From NCBI GenBank assembly GCA_963667785.2, contig CAXXMU010000001.1, positions 640,001 to 704,000 on the forward strand: a stretch of 64,000 nucleotides of DNA. The letters run 5' to 3'. The stretch comes from Alphaproteobacteria bacterium (GTDB lineage: Bacteria > Pseudomonadota > Alphaproteobacteria > UBA828). The position numbers were made by a program, and so were the translations under genes. The notes beneath the pieces were generated by a model that was not told the DNA's origin, did no database searches, and saw only the letters and a list, made by a program, of their open reading frames with translations. Shown piece after piece: positions 52,754 to 62,031 of the stretch (positions are counted from its first letter, which is position 1; every line of letters begins with the position of its first letter).

Positions 52754-52790
52754 CCTGAAGCGTTTCGGTGTGAAGCGGAAACGCTTCAGG
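52754..52790. terminator. 13-bp-stem palindrome between convergent genes
   Basis: CCTGAAGCGTTTC-N11-GAAACGCTTCAGG; includes the yggS stop codon; no U-tract. Confidence 0.5.
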
Positions 52791-53499
52791 GAGCGGGCCG
52801 GGGGCCGAAGATCGCGGTGCCGACCCGGACGTGGGTGGCGCCGGCGGCGACGGCGGCCCGGTAGTCCGCCGACATGCCCATGCTGAGGTGCCCGAGTCCG
52901 TGGCGCGCCGCGAGCTCGCGCAGCAGCGCGAAGTGGGGCGCGGGGTCTTCCGTCGCCGGCGGGATGCACATGAGGCCGCTGACGGGCAGCATCAGGGCGT
53001 GCCGGCACTCCGTCACCAGGGCGTCGAGCCCCGCCGGCAGGACGCCCGCCTTCTGCGGCTCGGCGCCGGTATTGACCTGGATGAAGCACGCCGGGCGGCG
53101 GTCCTGGCGCTCCATCTCGCGGGCGAGCGCCGCCGCCAGCTTCAGCCTGTCGATGGCGTGGATGGCGTCGGCGACGGCCACCGCGTCGCGTGCCTTGTTG
53201 GTCTGCAGGGCGCCGATGAAGTGGAGCGCCGCGTCAGGCCATGCGGCGCGGAGCGCGGGCCACTTCTCGCATGCCTCCTGCACCCGGTTCTCGCCGAAGA
53301 CGCGGTGACCGGCGGCGAGCGCGGCCTCGATGCGGGACGCGGGGTGTCCCTTGGAGACCGCGATCAGCGTAATCTCGTCCGCTGCGCGCCCTGCGGCGCG
53401 CGCCGCCGCCTGGACCTCGGCCCTCACACGGGCGAGATTGGCCGCGATGTCGACGACGGACGGGCCGTCTGCAGCGGGGGCAGGGGGTGCGTTCGCCAT
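52786..53499 (-). CDS. yggS: YggS PLP homeostasis protein
   Basis: LIAVSK, FGENRVQE, HFIGALQTNK, GLMCIPP, LSMGMS, VRVGTAIFG. Confidence 0.96.
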   Translation of the reverse strand: MANAPPAPAADGPSVVDIAANLARVRAEVQAAARAAGRAADEITLIAVSKGHPASRIEAALAAGHRVFGENRVQEACEKWPALRAAWPDAALHFIGALQTNKARDAVAVADAIHAIDRLKLAAALAREMERQDRRPACFIQVNTGAEPQKAGVLPAGLDALVTECRHALMLPVSGLMCIPPATEDPAPHFALLRELAARHGLGHLSMGMSADYRAAVAAGATHVRVGTAIFGPRPAP

Positions 53500-53521
53500 G
53501 GGAACCTGAACCGGGCGCGTG

Positions 53522-54145
53522 ATGGGAACGCTAGCAGAGGCGGCGGCGAGCCTCAAACGGGCGGCGGGCAGCACCCTGCCCGCGCTCGTGCTCATGACCG
53601 ACGAGGCGCGTCTGCCCGATCCCCTCCCGGCGGCAGGCGCGCTGCCGGCGGGCAGCGCCGTCATCCTGCGCCACTATGGCGCGCCCGGCCGGGCCGCGCT
53701 CGCCCGCCGCCTCGCCGCGATCGCGCGCCGCCGCGGGCTGCTGCTGCTGGTGGGCGAGGACCCGGCGCTGGCGCGGCGCGTCGGCGCGGCCGGGGTTCAC
53801 CTGCCGGAACGCGCGCTCCGGCGCGCTCGTGCCGTGCGCTGGCGCGGGGGATGGCTGGTCACGGCCGCCGCCCATTCGCACGCCAGCCTGCATGCTGCCG
53901 CCGCCTGCGGTGCCGATGCCGTGCTGCTCTCGCCCGTTCTTGCCACGGCGAGCCACCCGGATGTCCGCCCCCTCGGTCCCCGCCGCTTCGCCGCGCTGGC
54001 GCGGACGAGCCCGGTGCCGGTCTATGCGCTGGGTGGCATCGACGGCACGCACGCGCGCATCCTGCGGGGCAGCGGCGCCGTCGGCATCGCCGGCATCGGC
54101 GGGCTCATCCCGGAGCGCCCGGATCCTCCGTCGACTCCTCCCTGA
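53522..54145 (+). CDS. Thiamine phosphate synthase/TenI-like protein
   Basis: GVHLPE, AAHS, LSPVLATASHP, VYALGGI. Confidence 0.82.
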   Translation: MGTLAEAAASLKRAAGSTLPALVLMTDEARLPDPLPAAGALPAGSAVILRHYGAPGRAALARRLAAIARRRGLLLLVGEDPALARRVGAAGVHLPERALRRARAVRWRGGWLVTAAAHSHASLHAAAACGADAVLLSPVLATASHPDVRPLGPRRFAALARTSPVPVYALGGIDGTHARILRGSGAVGIAGIGGLIPERPDPPSTPP

Positions 54146-56255
54146 GCTCCGCAAGGGTGAAGTGCCGCTCCACGTAGTCGACCAACGCCCTGAGCGACTG
54201 CTCGACCGGGCGGTCCCCGGTATCGACCGTGAGCTCTGGCACTTCCGGCGCTTCGTAGGGGGCCGAGACGCCGGTGAAGTCCGCGATCTCGCCGGCGCGC
54301 GCCCGCCGGTAGAGGCCCCTGGGATCGCGCTGCTCGCAGACGGCGAGCGGTGCGCGGACGTAGACCTCGTGGAAGCCCTTCGGGCTCGAGCGCTCGGCCG
54401 CCGCCCGCGCCCGCGCGCGGTCCGAGCGGTAGGGCGAGATGAAGGCGGTGACCACGATGAAGCCGGCATCGGCGAAGAGCGCCGCCACCTCGCCGACGCG
54501 CCGGATGTTCTCGGCCCGGTCCTCGGGCGAGAAGCCGAGGGTGGCGTTGAGCCCGTGGCGGACATTGTCGCCGTCGAGCGCGTAGACTTGGTAGCCCTTG
54601 CGGAAGAGATGCTCCTCGGCGGCGATCGCGAGCGTCGACTTGCCGGCGCCCGAGAGGCCGGTGAGCCAGATCACCCCACCCGCATGGCGGTTGCGCCGGG
54701 CGCGGGCGCCGCGGCTGACGCCGTGGTCGATGATGGAGACGTTGCTCGCGCGGCCGGTGATGAGGGAACGCTGGTCCGGATAGCCTTCCATGCTGACGAG
54801 CCCGCCGCCGGCGATCCCGTTCCCGTCGACGAGGACGAAGCGCCCGGTGCGCGGGTTGGCCGTGTGCTCGTCGAGCGCCAGCATCGCGCCGGAGCGCAGC
54901 ACGGCCTCGGCGATGCGACCGTGCCCGATCTCCGCCTGCGCCTCGCCTTCTTGTGGCCCGTCCGGCCCGCTCGGATCGATGACGCGGTCGATGGACTGCA
55001 CCTCGACGGGGTGGGCGGCGGTGCAGAGCTGGAGGGTGCAGCGCCGGCCGGGTCTGAGCGGCGTGCGCCCGAGCCAGAAGAGCCGCGCGCGGAAGACGTC
55101 GGTCTCGATCGGCGGCCTCGCCTCGTGGCTCACCGTCTCGCCCCGCTCGACCGGGAGCCGCTGGTCCAGCGTGAGGCCGACCGAGCGCCCGGCGGTGGCG
55201 TGCGCGAGCGGTGCCGGCGCGTTCCACGTCTCGATGCTGACGACGCGCGCGGTTCTGTTGGACGGCGAGAAGAGCACCCGGTCGCCCGCGCTTACCCGGC
55301 CGCTCTCGATGCGGCCCGCGACGATGCGCCGCTCGTCGAACGCGTAGACCCCTTGCACGGACATGCGGAAGGGTAGCGCCTCACGCTCCTCCGTCGGCTC
55401 GCTGGCAGAAAGCGCGCCGAGCAGACGCCCGACCGGGTCCCCTGCCTCGCGGTCCGCGTCCCGGCCGGCGCCCGCGGCTCTGCCGGTCATCTCCAGCTCG
55501 GCGACGATCTCCTCCACCGTGGCGGCATCGCTCTCCACCGATTGGGCGACGTCCTGGTCGCCGACGGAGCGGTGGCGCCTGCGGTCCTGCGCGAAATAGA
55601 GGGGCACCACCGGGATGCCCTCCCGCGCTGTGTAGCGCCAGACGTCGATCTCCGACCAGCGCAGCAGGGGGTGGACGCGCACATGCCCGCCGGCGGGCAC
55701 GGTGCCGTTGTAGTGGTCCCAGAACTCGGGCGGTTGGTAGCGGTAGGCCTGCGCGCCGTCGCCGCCGCGCGGGCTGAACACGCGCTCGTTCGCGCCCGTG
55801 CCCTCCTCGTCGCGTCGGTTGCCGGCGAGAAGGCCGGTGAACCCCTCCCGTGCGATCACCGCCTCGAGGCCGGCGGCCACGCGCGCCGCAGACCGCGCCG
55901 CCGGCGGCAGCGAGGGGTCGCTGGCGGAGTCCGGCGGGCAGGGGGCGGGGACGAGCCGCAGATCCCATGCCGCGGCCTGGTGATCGCGGAACGCGTACGT
56001 CTCCGCGAACGCGCGCCCGGTATCCACGTGGACCACGGGGAACGGCACATGACCGAAGAAGGCCTTGCGGCAGAGCCAGAGCATGACGGTGGCGTCCGCG
56101 TCGAGCGACCAGAGCAGCGCCGGCCGGTCCAGCATCGCGTGGGCCTCGCGGATGATGTGGATGCTCTCGGATTCAAGGGCATCGAGATGCGTGTCCGCCG
56201 TGGTATCGGCCACAGGAGTCGCTGCCGGCCCCGTCCGGTCCGCGGGCGCGCTCAT
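54105..56255 (-). CDS. cysC: Fusion: degenerate CysD/NodP + CysN domains II-III (no GTPase domain) + intact adenylyl-sulfate kinase CysC
   Basis: N-terminal LDALESESIHIIRE, RRDE..ERVFSPR, QPPEFW, VRVHPLLRWSE (CysD); then PFRMSVQGVY..AGRIESG and TGRFVLVD (CysN C-domains); then WLTGLSGAGKST, LDGDNVRHGL, FISPY, FTGVSAPYE (CysC). Confidence 0.88.
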   Translation of the reverse strand: MSAPADRTGPAATPVADTTADTHLDALESESIHIIREAHAMLDRPALLWSLDADATVMLWLCRKAFFGHVPFPVVHVDTGRAFAETYAFRDHQAAAWDLRLVPAPCPPDSASDPSLPPAARSAARVAAGLEAVIAREGFTGLLAGNRRDEEGTGANERVFSPRGGDGAQAYRYQPPEFWDHYNGTVPAGGHVRVHPLLRWSEIDVWRYTAREGIPVVPLYFAQDRRRHRSVGDQDVAQSVESDAATVEEIVAELEMTGRAAGAGRDADREAGDPVGRLLGALSASEPTEEREALPFRMSVQGVYAFDERRIVAGRIESGRVSAGDRVLFSPSNRTARVVSIETWNAPAPLAHATAGRSVGLTLDQRLPVERGETVSHEARPPIETDVFRARLFWLGRTPLRPGRRCTLQLCTAAHPVEVQSIDRVIDPSGPDGPQEGEAQAEIGHGRIAEAVLRSGAMLALDEHTANPRTGRFVLVDGNGIAGGGLVSMEGYPDQRSLITGRASNVSIIDHGVSRGARARRNRHAGGVIWLTGLSGAGKSTLAIAAEEHLFRKGYQVYALDGDNVRHGLNATLGFSPEDRAENIRRVGEVAALFADAGFIVVTAFISPYRSDRARARAAAERSSPKGFHEVYVRAPLAVCEQRDPRGLYRRARAGEIADFTGVSAPYEAPEVPELTVDTGDRPVEQSLRALVDYVERHFTLAELREESTEDPGAPG

Positions 56256-57136
56256 CGGCCGGCTCCGGCGCCTTCCGCGGCCTCGACCTCGCCCGCGTCC
56301 TCGTAGCCTGCCGGCACGTAGCCGAAACGCGCCATCTGGGTGTGGTGGTGCTCGACCACCCGGCGCACCTGGGCATCGCTGAGGGCCTCGCGCCAGCCGC
56401 CCGCCTTGCCGGAGCGGAAGAAGCGGTCCTGCACCGGGGTGCGCTCGACGAAGCCGGTGCGGTCCTCTTGCGCGCGCAGGGCGCGGAACGAGGAGTGACG
56501 CATCGCGCGCTCCAGGCGCTCGCGCGGGGGCTTCAGCCCGAGGAAGGCGGCGACGGCGCGGAAGGTCGGCCCCGGGCGGCTGCTCATGTCCTCGAAACGC
56601 ATGACGTGGAGCTTCTGGTGCGCCCGGGCCGTCCAGCTCGCGACATGAGTGGACCAGTCCTCGTGATGCTCCGGCACGAGCGTCTCCAACGCGGGCGTCG
56701 CGAAGCCCGATGTCTCCATGAGCGCGATCACGTCGTCCAGCGGCTGCCCCAGGTGATGGGCGTAGGAGACCACCACGTCCAGCGGGTTGCGCACCACGTA
56801 GATCGCGCCGGCGGTGAGATTCTGGCTGATCATGGGCACGCCGGCGACCTCGATCAGCGCGTTGTGGGTCTTGACCATGACGGTGTCGCGCGCGCTCTCG
56901 CTGATGAGCGCGTGCACCCTGGGCCTGAGCTGCGCCAGATCATCCCGGCTGAGCTCCGCCGGCGGGCGCGGGTCGAGGCGCCTGAACCAGTGCGCCTGGC
57001 TGTCGCCCGCCGTGAGCTCCGACATCCGGTTGATGTCGAAGGGCTCGCGCGGGTTGCGCAATAGGTTGTGCAGGAAGGCGCGCAGCCAGGTGTTGCCCGA
57101 CTTGGGGTAGGAGGCGAGCCACAGGATGCCGCTCAT
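56252..57136 (-). CDS. PAPS-dependent sulfotransferase (Sulfotransfer_1-type)
   Basis: 5'-PSB SYPKSGNTW, KTH, 3'-PB VRNPLDVVVS, FFRSGKAGGW. Confidence 0.92.
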   Translation of the reverse strand: MSGILWLASYPKSGNTWLRAFLHNLLRNPREPFDINRMSELTAGDSQAHWFRRLDPRPPAELSRDDLAQLRPRVHALISESARDTVMVKTHNALIEVAGVPMISQNLTAGAIYVVRNPLDVVVSYAHHLGQPLDDVIALMETSGFATPALETLVPEHHEDWSTHVASWTARAHQKLHVMRFEDMSSRPGPTFRAVAAFLGLKPPRERLERAMRHSSFRALRAQEDRTGFVERTPVQDRFFRSGKAGGWREALSDAQVRRVVEHHHTQMARFGYVPAGYEDAGEVEAAEGAGAGR

Positions 57137-57175
57137 CGCTTCGGCCCGGCCGAGGGAAGGAGGGGCGAGCGCATC

Positions 57176-58393
57176 CTAGAGGGGCGGTGCCGCGCCTTCG
57201 AGCGGGATGATCTCCACCGCGGACCCGCGCGGCAGCGCCGGCGCGTGCGGCGGCCGGACGACGAGGCACTGCGCCTTCACCAGAAGCGACAGCATCGAGC
57301 TGTCCTGCCGGGCGAAGGGGGTGGCCACCAGCGCGCCGCTCCCGTCGCGCCCGAGCGTTGCGCGCAGATAGTCCTGGCGCTCGTCGTTCTCCGCCACGTC
57401 CGCGCCGAGGCTCGCCTGCTGCGCGGCCGGCGCGGCGCCGTCGCGCTCCCCGAGCATCGCCGCGATCGCAGGCCTCAGGAAGACCAGCGCGCAGACGAGC
57501 GAGGAGACCGGGTTGCCCGGCAGGCCGAGCAGCCGGGTGCCGCCCACGGAGCCGAACATCAGCGGCTTGCCGGGCCGCATGGCGATCTTCCAGAAGTCGA
57601 GTGCGAGCCCTTCGTCCGCGAGCGCGTCGCGGATCAGGTCGTGCTCGCCCACCGAGGCGCCGCCGGTGGTGACCAGGAGGTCCGCGCCGCGCGCGCCGGC
57701 GGCATGGTCGACGAGGGAGCGGGCGTCGTCCCGTGCGATGCCGAGGTCCAGCGCCTCGCCGCCGCAGCCCTGCACCACGGCCCGGAGCGCGTGCGTGTTC
57801 GAGCTCACGATCTGGTTCTCGCCGCGCGGCTCGCCCGGCATGACGATCTCGTCGCCGGTGGCGAGCAGCGCGATGCGGGGCTTGCGCCTGACCGAGAGCC
57901 ACGGCTGGTCCATGGCGGCGGCGAGCCCGATGGCGCGGGCGTCGAGCCGGGTGCCTGCCGCGACTCCCACCTCGCCGGCGCTGAAATCGAGCCCGGCGGG
58001 GCGGATGTAGCGGCCCTCCGCGGCGCTCGCGTGCACCGTGATCGCATCGCCGTCCGCGCTCGTGTTCTCCTGGATCACGATGGTGTCGGCGCCGTCCGGC
58101 ACCGGCGCGCCGGTGAAGATACGCACCGCTTCGCCGGGGCCGAGGCTGCCCTCGAAGCGCGCGCCGGCCGGCACGCTGCCGATCTGCCTGAGGGTCGCCG
58201 GCACGCGCGCGACGTCGGCGGCGCGTGCCGCATAACCGTCCATCGCCGAGACGGCGAAGGGCGGCTGCGTGAGGCGCGCGATTACGTCCTCCGCCAGCAC
58301 GCGGCCGTGGGCCTCCGCCAGCGGCACGGTCTCCGCCGGCAGCGGGGAGAAGGCGGCGGTGATGCGGGCGACCGCCTCTGCGACCGGGATCAT
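57176..58393 (-). CDS. moeA: Molybdopterin molybdotransferase MoeA
   Basis: SAMDGYA, IFTGAPVP, TGDE, TGGASVG, RPGKP, LPGNP. Confidence 0.96.
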   Translation of the reverse strand: MIPVAEAVARITAAFSPLPAETVPLAEAHGRVLAEDVIARLTQPPFAVSAMDGYAARAADVARVPATLRQIGSVPAGARFEGSLGPGEAVRIFTGAPVPDGADTIVIQENTSADGDAITVHASAAEGRYIRPAGLDFSAGEVGVAAGTRLDARAIGLAAAMDQPWLSVRRKPRIALLATGDEIVMPGEPRGENQIVSSNTHALRAVVQGCGGEALDLGIARDDARSLVDHAAGARGADLLVTTGGASVGEHDLIRDALADEGLALDFWKIAMRPGKPLMFGSVGGTRLLGLPGNPVSSLVCALVFLRPAIAAMLGERDGAAPAAQQASLGADVAENDERQDYLRATLGRDGSGALVATPFARQDSSMLSLLVKAQCLVVRPPHAPALPRGSAVEIIPLEGAAPPL

Positions 58394-58396
58394 CGC

Positions 58397-58873
58397 CTAG
58401 GGCGCCCTGAACTCGCCCGACCTGCCGCCCTCCTTGTGGGTGAGCCGCACGTCCGTGATGCGCATGCCGCGATCGGCGGCCTTGCACATGTCGTAGACGG
58501 TCAGCGCCGCGACGCTGGCTGCGGTCAGCGCCTCCATCTCGACGCCGGTGCGCGCCGTGATCCGGCAGCTCGCCTCGATGTCGACGGCGCCCGCCGCCTC
58601 GTCGCAGCCAAGCGTCACGTCGATGGCGGTGAGCGCCAGCGGATGACAGAGCGGGATCAGGTCGGCGGTGCGCTTGGCCGCCATGATGCCGGCGAGCCGG
58701 GCAACCCCCAGCACGTCGCCCTTGGCGACGCCGCCCTCCGCGATCAGGCGCACGGTCTCGGGCTTCATCAGCACGCGCGCCCGCGCCGTCGCCCGGCGCT
58801 CGGTCACCTCCTTGTCGCTCACGTCCACCATGCGCGCCTTGCCGTCCGCATCGATGTGGGTCAGCCGTGCCAT
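58397..58873 (-). CDS. moaC: Cyclic pyranopterin monophosphate synthase MoaC
   Basis: [28 protein letters not shown]. Confidence 0.97.
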   Translation of the reverse strand: MARLTHIDADGKARMVDVSDKEVTERRATARARVLMKPETVRLIAEGGVAKGDVLGVARLAGIMAAKRTADLIPLCHPLALTAIDVTLGCDEAAGAVDIEASCRITARTGVEMEALTAASVAALTVYDMCKAADRGMRITDVRLTHKEGGRSGEFRAP

Positions 58874-58876
58874 GGC

Positions 58877-59695
58877 TCAGCCCTCCGCCGCCCGGGCGCC
58901 CGGCTCGGTCGCCAGCAGCGCCGCCGTCGCCGCCGCCACGTCGGCCTGGCGCATCAGCGATTCGCCCACCAGGAAGCGGCGGACGCCGAGCGCCGTCATG
59001 CGCGCGAGATCGGCGGGCGTGTGGAGCCCGCTCTCGCAGACGATCGGCGGGCCGTCCGCCGCCAGCGGCACGAGGCGCTCGGTGGTCGCGAGATCGACAG
59101 CGAGGGTCTTGAGGTTGCGGTTGTTGATGCCGAGCAGCGAGGCGTCGAGTGCGAGTGCGCGGGCAAGCTCCGGCTCGTCATGGACCTCGACCAGCGTGTC
59201 CATGCCGAGCGCCGCTGCCGCCGCCGCGAGCTCGGCCGCCTGGCCGTCGCCGAGGGCGGCCATGATGAGCAGGATGCAGTCCGCGCCGAGCGCGCGCGCT
59301 TCGATCACCTGATAGGGGTCGAGCATGAAGTCCTTGCGCAGGACGGGCAGCGGCACCGCCGCGCGCGCTTCCTCCAGGAACCGGTCCTCGCCCTGGAAAT
59401 AGGGCTCGTCGGTCAGCACCGAGAGGCAGGCCGCGCCGCCGGCTGCATAGGCGCGCGCCAGCACCGCAGGCTCGAAGTCGGCGCGAATCAGGCCCTTGCT
59501 CGGCGAGGCCTTCTTGAGCTCGGCGATGAGCGCCGGCCGGCCGGCCCCGGCCACCGCATCCAGCGCCCGGGCGAAGCCGCGCGGCGCCGGTGCGGCGTGC
59601 GCCTGCTCGGCGAGCGCCGCCTCGGGCACCGCCTGCTTGCGGGCGGCGACGTGGCGCCGCTTGTCGTCGCAGATGCGGGCGAGCACGTCGCTCAT
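58877..59695 (-). CDS. trpC: Indole-3-glycerol phosphate synthase
   Basis: [33 protein letters not shown]. Confidence 0.97.
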   Translation of the reverse strand: MSDVLARICDDKRRHVAARKQAVPEAALAEQAHAAPAPRGFARALDAVAGAGRPALIAELKKASPSKGLIRADFEPAVLARAYAAGGAACLSVLTDEPYFQGEDRFLEEARAAVPLPVLRKDFMLDPYQVIEARALGADCILLIMAALGDGQAAELAAAAAALGMDTLVEVHDEPELARALALDASLLGINNRNLKTLAVDLATTERLVPLAADGPPIVCESGLHTPADLARMTALGVRRFLVGESLMRQADVAAATAALLATEPGARAAEG

Positions 59696-60750
59696 TGGCC
59701 GGCACCGCTCCCGGCCTCGGCAGCCGCGCCCCGTCCACTGATCTCGACGAGCCGGTCGAGCGTGGCGCGTGCGCTACCGCCGTCGATCGCCTCGGCGGCG
59801 AGGGCCGCGCCCTCCCTGAGATCGCCGGCCCGGCCCGCGACGACGAGCGCCGCGGCGCTGTTCAGCAGCACGATGTCGCGTGCAGGCCCCGGCTCGCCGG
59901 CCAGCATGGCGCGGACGATGGCGGCGTTGGTCGCGGCATCGCCGCCGGCGAGATCGTCGGGCGCGGCGCGCGCGAGGCCGGCATCCTCCGGCGTGACCTC
60001 GAAGTGGCGGATCGTGCCGCCGTCGAGCTCCACCACCGTGCTGGGCCCCGTCGTGGTCAACTCGTCGGTGCCGTCGCCGCCGTGCACGACCCAGACTCGC
60101 TCCGAGCCCAGATTGCGCAGCACCTCGGCCATGGGCGCCGTCCACCTGGCGTCGAACACGCCGATGAGTTGGCGCCTGGCGCCTGCCGGGTTGGCGAGCG
60201 GGCCGAGCAGGTTGAAGACGGTGCGCGTGCCGAGCTCGATGCGGGTCGGCCCGACATGGCGCATGGCGCCGTGGTGCCGGGGCGCCATGAGGAAGCCGAT
60301 CCCGGCCTCCCAGAGGGACGCACGCACCAGCGCCATGTCCGCGTCGATGGTGACGCCGAGTGCCGCCAGCATGTCGGCCGAACCCGAACGCGACGAGAGC
60401 GCCCGGTTGCCGTGCTTGGCGACCGGCACGCCCGCGCCCGCAGCGACGATGGCCGCGGCGGTCGAGATATTGAAGGTGCCCTTCGCGTCCCCGCCGGTGC
60501 CGCAGGTGTCGATGGTCCCCTCCGGCGCTTCGATGCCGAGCGCCCGCGCCCGCATCGCCTGCGCGCCGCCGGTGATCTCGTCCACCGTCTCGCCCCGCAC
60601 CCGGAGCGCCATGAGGAAGCCGCCCATCTGCGAGGGCGTCGCCCTGCCCTCCATCATCGCGTCGAAGGCGGCCCGCGCCTCGTCGACGGAGAGCGACGCG
60701 CCGCTCGCGACACGCCCGATGAGCGCCTTGAAATCGGTCGGGTCCGTCAT
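59692..60750 (-). CDS. trpD: Anthranilate phosphoribosyltransferase
   Basis: [28 protein letters not shown]. Start trimmed to MTDPTDF. Confidence 0.97.
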   Translation of the reverse strand: MTDPTDFKALIGRVASGASLSVDEARAAFDAMMEGRATPSQMGGFLMALRVRGETVDEITGGAQAMRARALGIEAPEGTIDTCGTGGDAKGTFNISTAAAIVAAGAGVPVAKHGNRALSSRSGSADMLAALGVTIDADMALVRASLWEAGIGFLMAPRHHGAMRHVGPTRIELGTRTVFNLLGPLANPAGARRQLIGVFDARWTAPMAEVLRNLGSERVWVVHGGDGTDELTTTGPSTVVELDGGTIRHFEVTPEDAGLARAAPDDLAGGDAATNAAIVRAMLAGEPGPARDIVLLNSAAALVVAGRAGDLREGAALAAEAIDGGSARATLDRLVEISGRGAAAEAGSGAGQ

Positions 60751-60906
60751 GGAGACACGCTCGCCCACGCAGCGGCCGGCGGGCGGGCCGCCGGGCCGGA
60801 TCGCCCCCGTGTTATAGCCGGTTCTCGACGAAACGCCATGCGGCGCGGTGTCCCCCGCCGTCATTGACACTGGCCTTCGGCGCCCGACTCGGATTTCCTG
60901 TCCGCC

Positions 60907-61530
60907 ATGACCGCCGGCGACCCACGGGCGACCTATCGGCGCATCGCGCCCTTCTACGACTTCCTGGACGGGCCCTTCGAGCGCGGCCGCTACGCGCAGC
61001 TGCGCGGCGGGCTCTTCGCGGGCCTGGAGGGGCGGGTGCTGGATGCCGGCGTCGGCACCGGCCGCAACATCCCGCACTATCCGGCGCACGCGGACGTGAT
61101 CGGCATCGATCTCTCGGCGGCCATGCTGGTCCGCGCCAGGCGGCGGCGCGACGCGTGCGCCCGGGACGTGCCGTTGGCGGCGATGGACGTGCTCGGCACC
61201 GGCTTCGCCGACGCGAGCTTCGACGCCGTGGTCGCGAGCTTCCTCTTCTGTGTGATCGGCGCCGGGCAGCAGCAGGCGGCGCTCGTGGAGCTCGGGCGCA
61301 TCGTGCGGCCCGGCGGCGAGATCCGCCTGCTGGACTATTCGCTCTCGAAGCGCCCGGTGCGGCGCTTCGTCATGGGCCTCTGGGCGCCCTGGGTGCGCTG
61401 GGCCTACGGCGCGGGCTTCGACCGCGAGACCCACCGCCACGTCGAGCCCGCCGGCCTCGTGCTGGCGGAGAACCGCTTCCTGATCGACGACATCCTGAGA
61501 TACGTGGTCGCGCGCCGGCCGCCGGGATAG
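60907..61530 (+). CDS. Class I SAM-dependent methyltransferase (PmtA/UbiE-like)
   Basis: [33 protein letters not shown]. Confidence 0.85.
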   Translation: MTAGDPRATYRRIAPFYDFLDGPFERGRYAQLRGGLFAGLEGRVLDAGVGTGRNIPHYPAHADVIGIDLSAAMLVRARRRRDACARDVPLAAMDVLGTGFADASFDAVVASFLFCVIGAGQQQAALVELGRIVRPGGEIRLLDYSLSKRPVRRFVMGLWAPWVRWAYGAGFDRETHRHVEPAGLVLAENRFLIDDILRYVVARRPPG

Positions 61531-61841
61531 CCCGCATTTCTCACCAGGGTCATGGTCTGCGCGGCGCTGTCCGGCCGACAGGGTAGGAGAGGCGCGCAGC
61601 GCGTCGCGCGGGTACGCGCGCCTTCGGCGCGACGCGGGACATCGGGCAAGCGTCTCGACGCACACTGTCGGCCGGAGAGCGTCGCCCTTCGGGTCGCGCC
61701 CAGGCGCCCGCCCGCGTCGCGCGTCCACGCGCGCGGAGCGCACGATGCGGCCCTCAACCGTATTCCCTGATACGCTTTTCGGCCCGCTCCTAGCGGATCG
61801 AACGCTTGGTGCGCGACGCAGGCCGTGACCCTGGTGAGAAA
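61528..61841. mobile_element. MITE-like non-autonomous element, about 310 bp
   Basis: 25-bp terminal inverted repeats 61537-61561 and 61817-61841 (23/25), nested 12-bp inverted repeat, no credible ORF. Confidence 0.7.
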
Positions 61842-62031
61842 CCATAGTGAGCCACTTGTGCCTCCTAGTTCCCTGATGTTCCTGAAACGGCCTGGATGTT
61901 GATTTTGTTGTGATATTCGAATGGCCTATCCGGCCTCAAGCGGCCGGGAGGAGCCCCGAGCAGTCCTGAAGCTACTTCCATGTGTTGTGGCAGGTGTTGA
62001 TTTGTATGTCTCGTCATGACACAATCCATGC

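Noticed and set aside
60751-60906. Trp attenuator upstream of trpD
   Set aside because: No uORF with tandem TGG codons and no terminator hairpin on the minus strand.
61868-61881. LexA box upstream of the integrase (GTTC-CCTGAT-GTTC)
   Set aside because: Spacer is 6 nt rather than the 7 nt of the alphaproteobacterial box.
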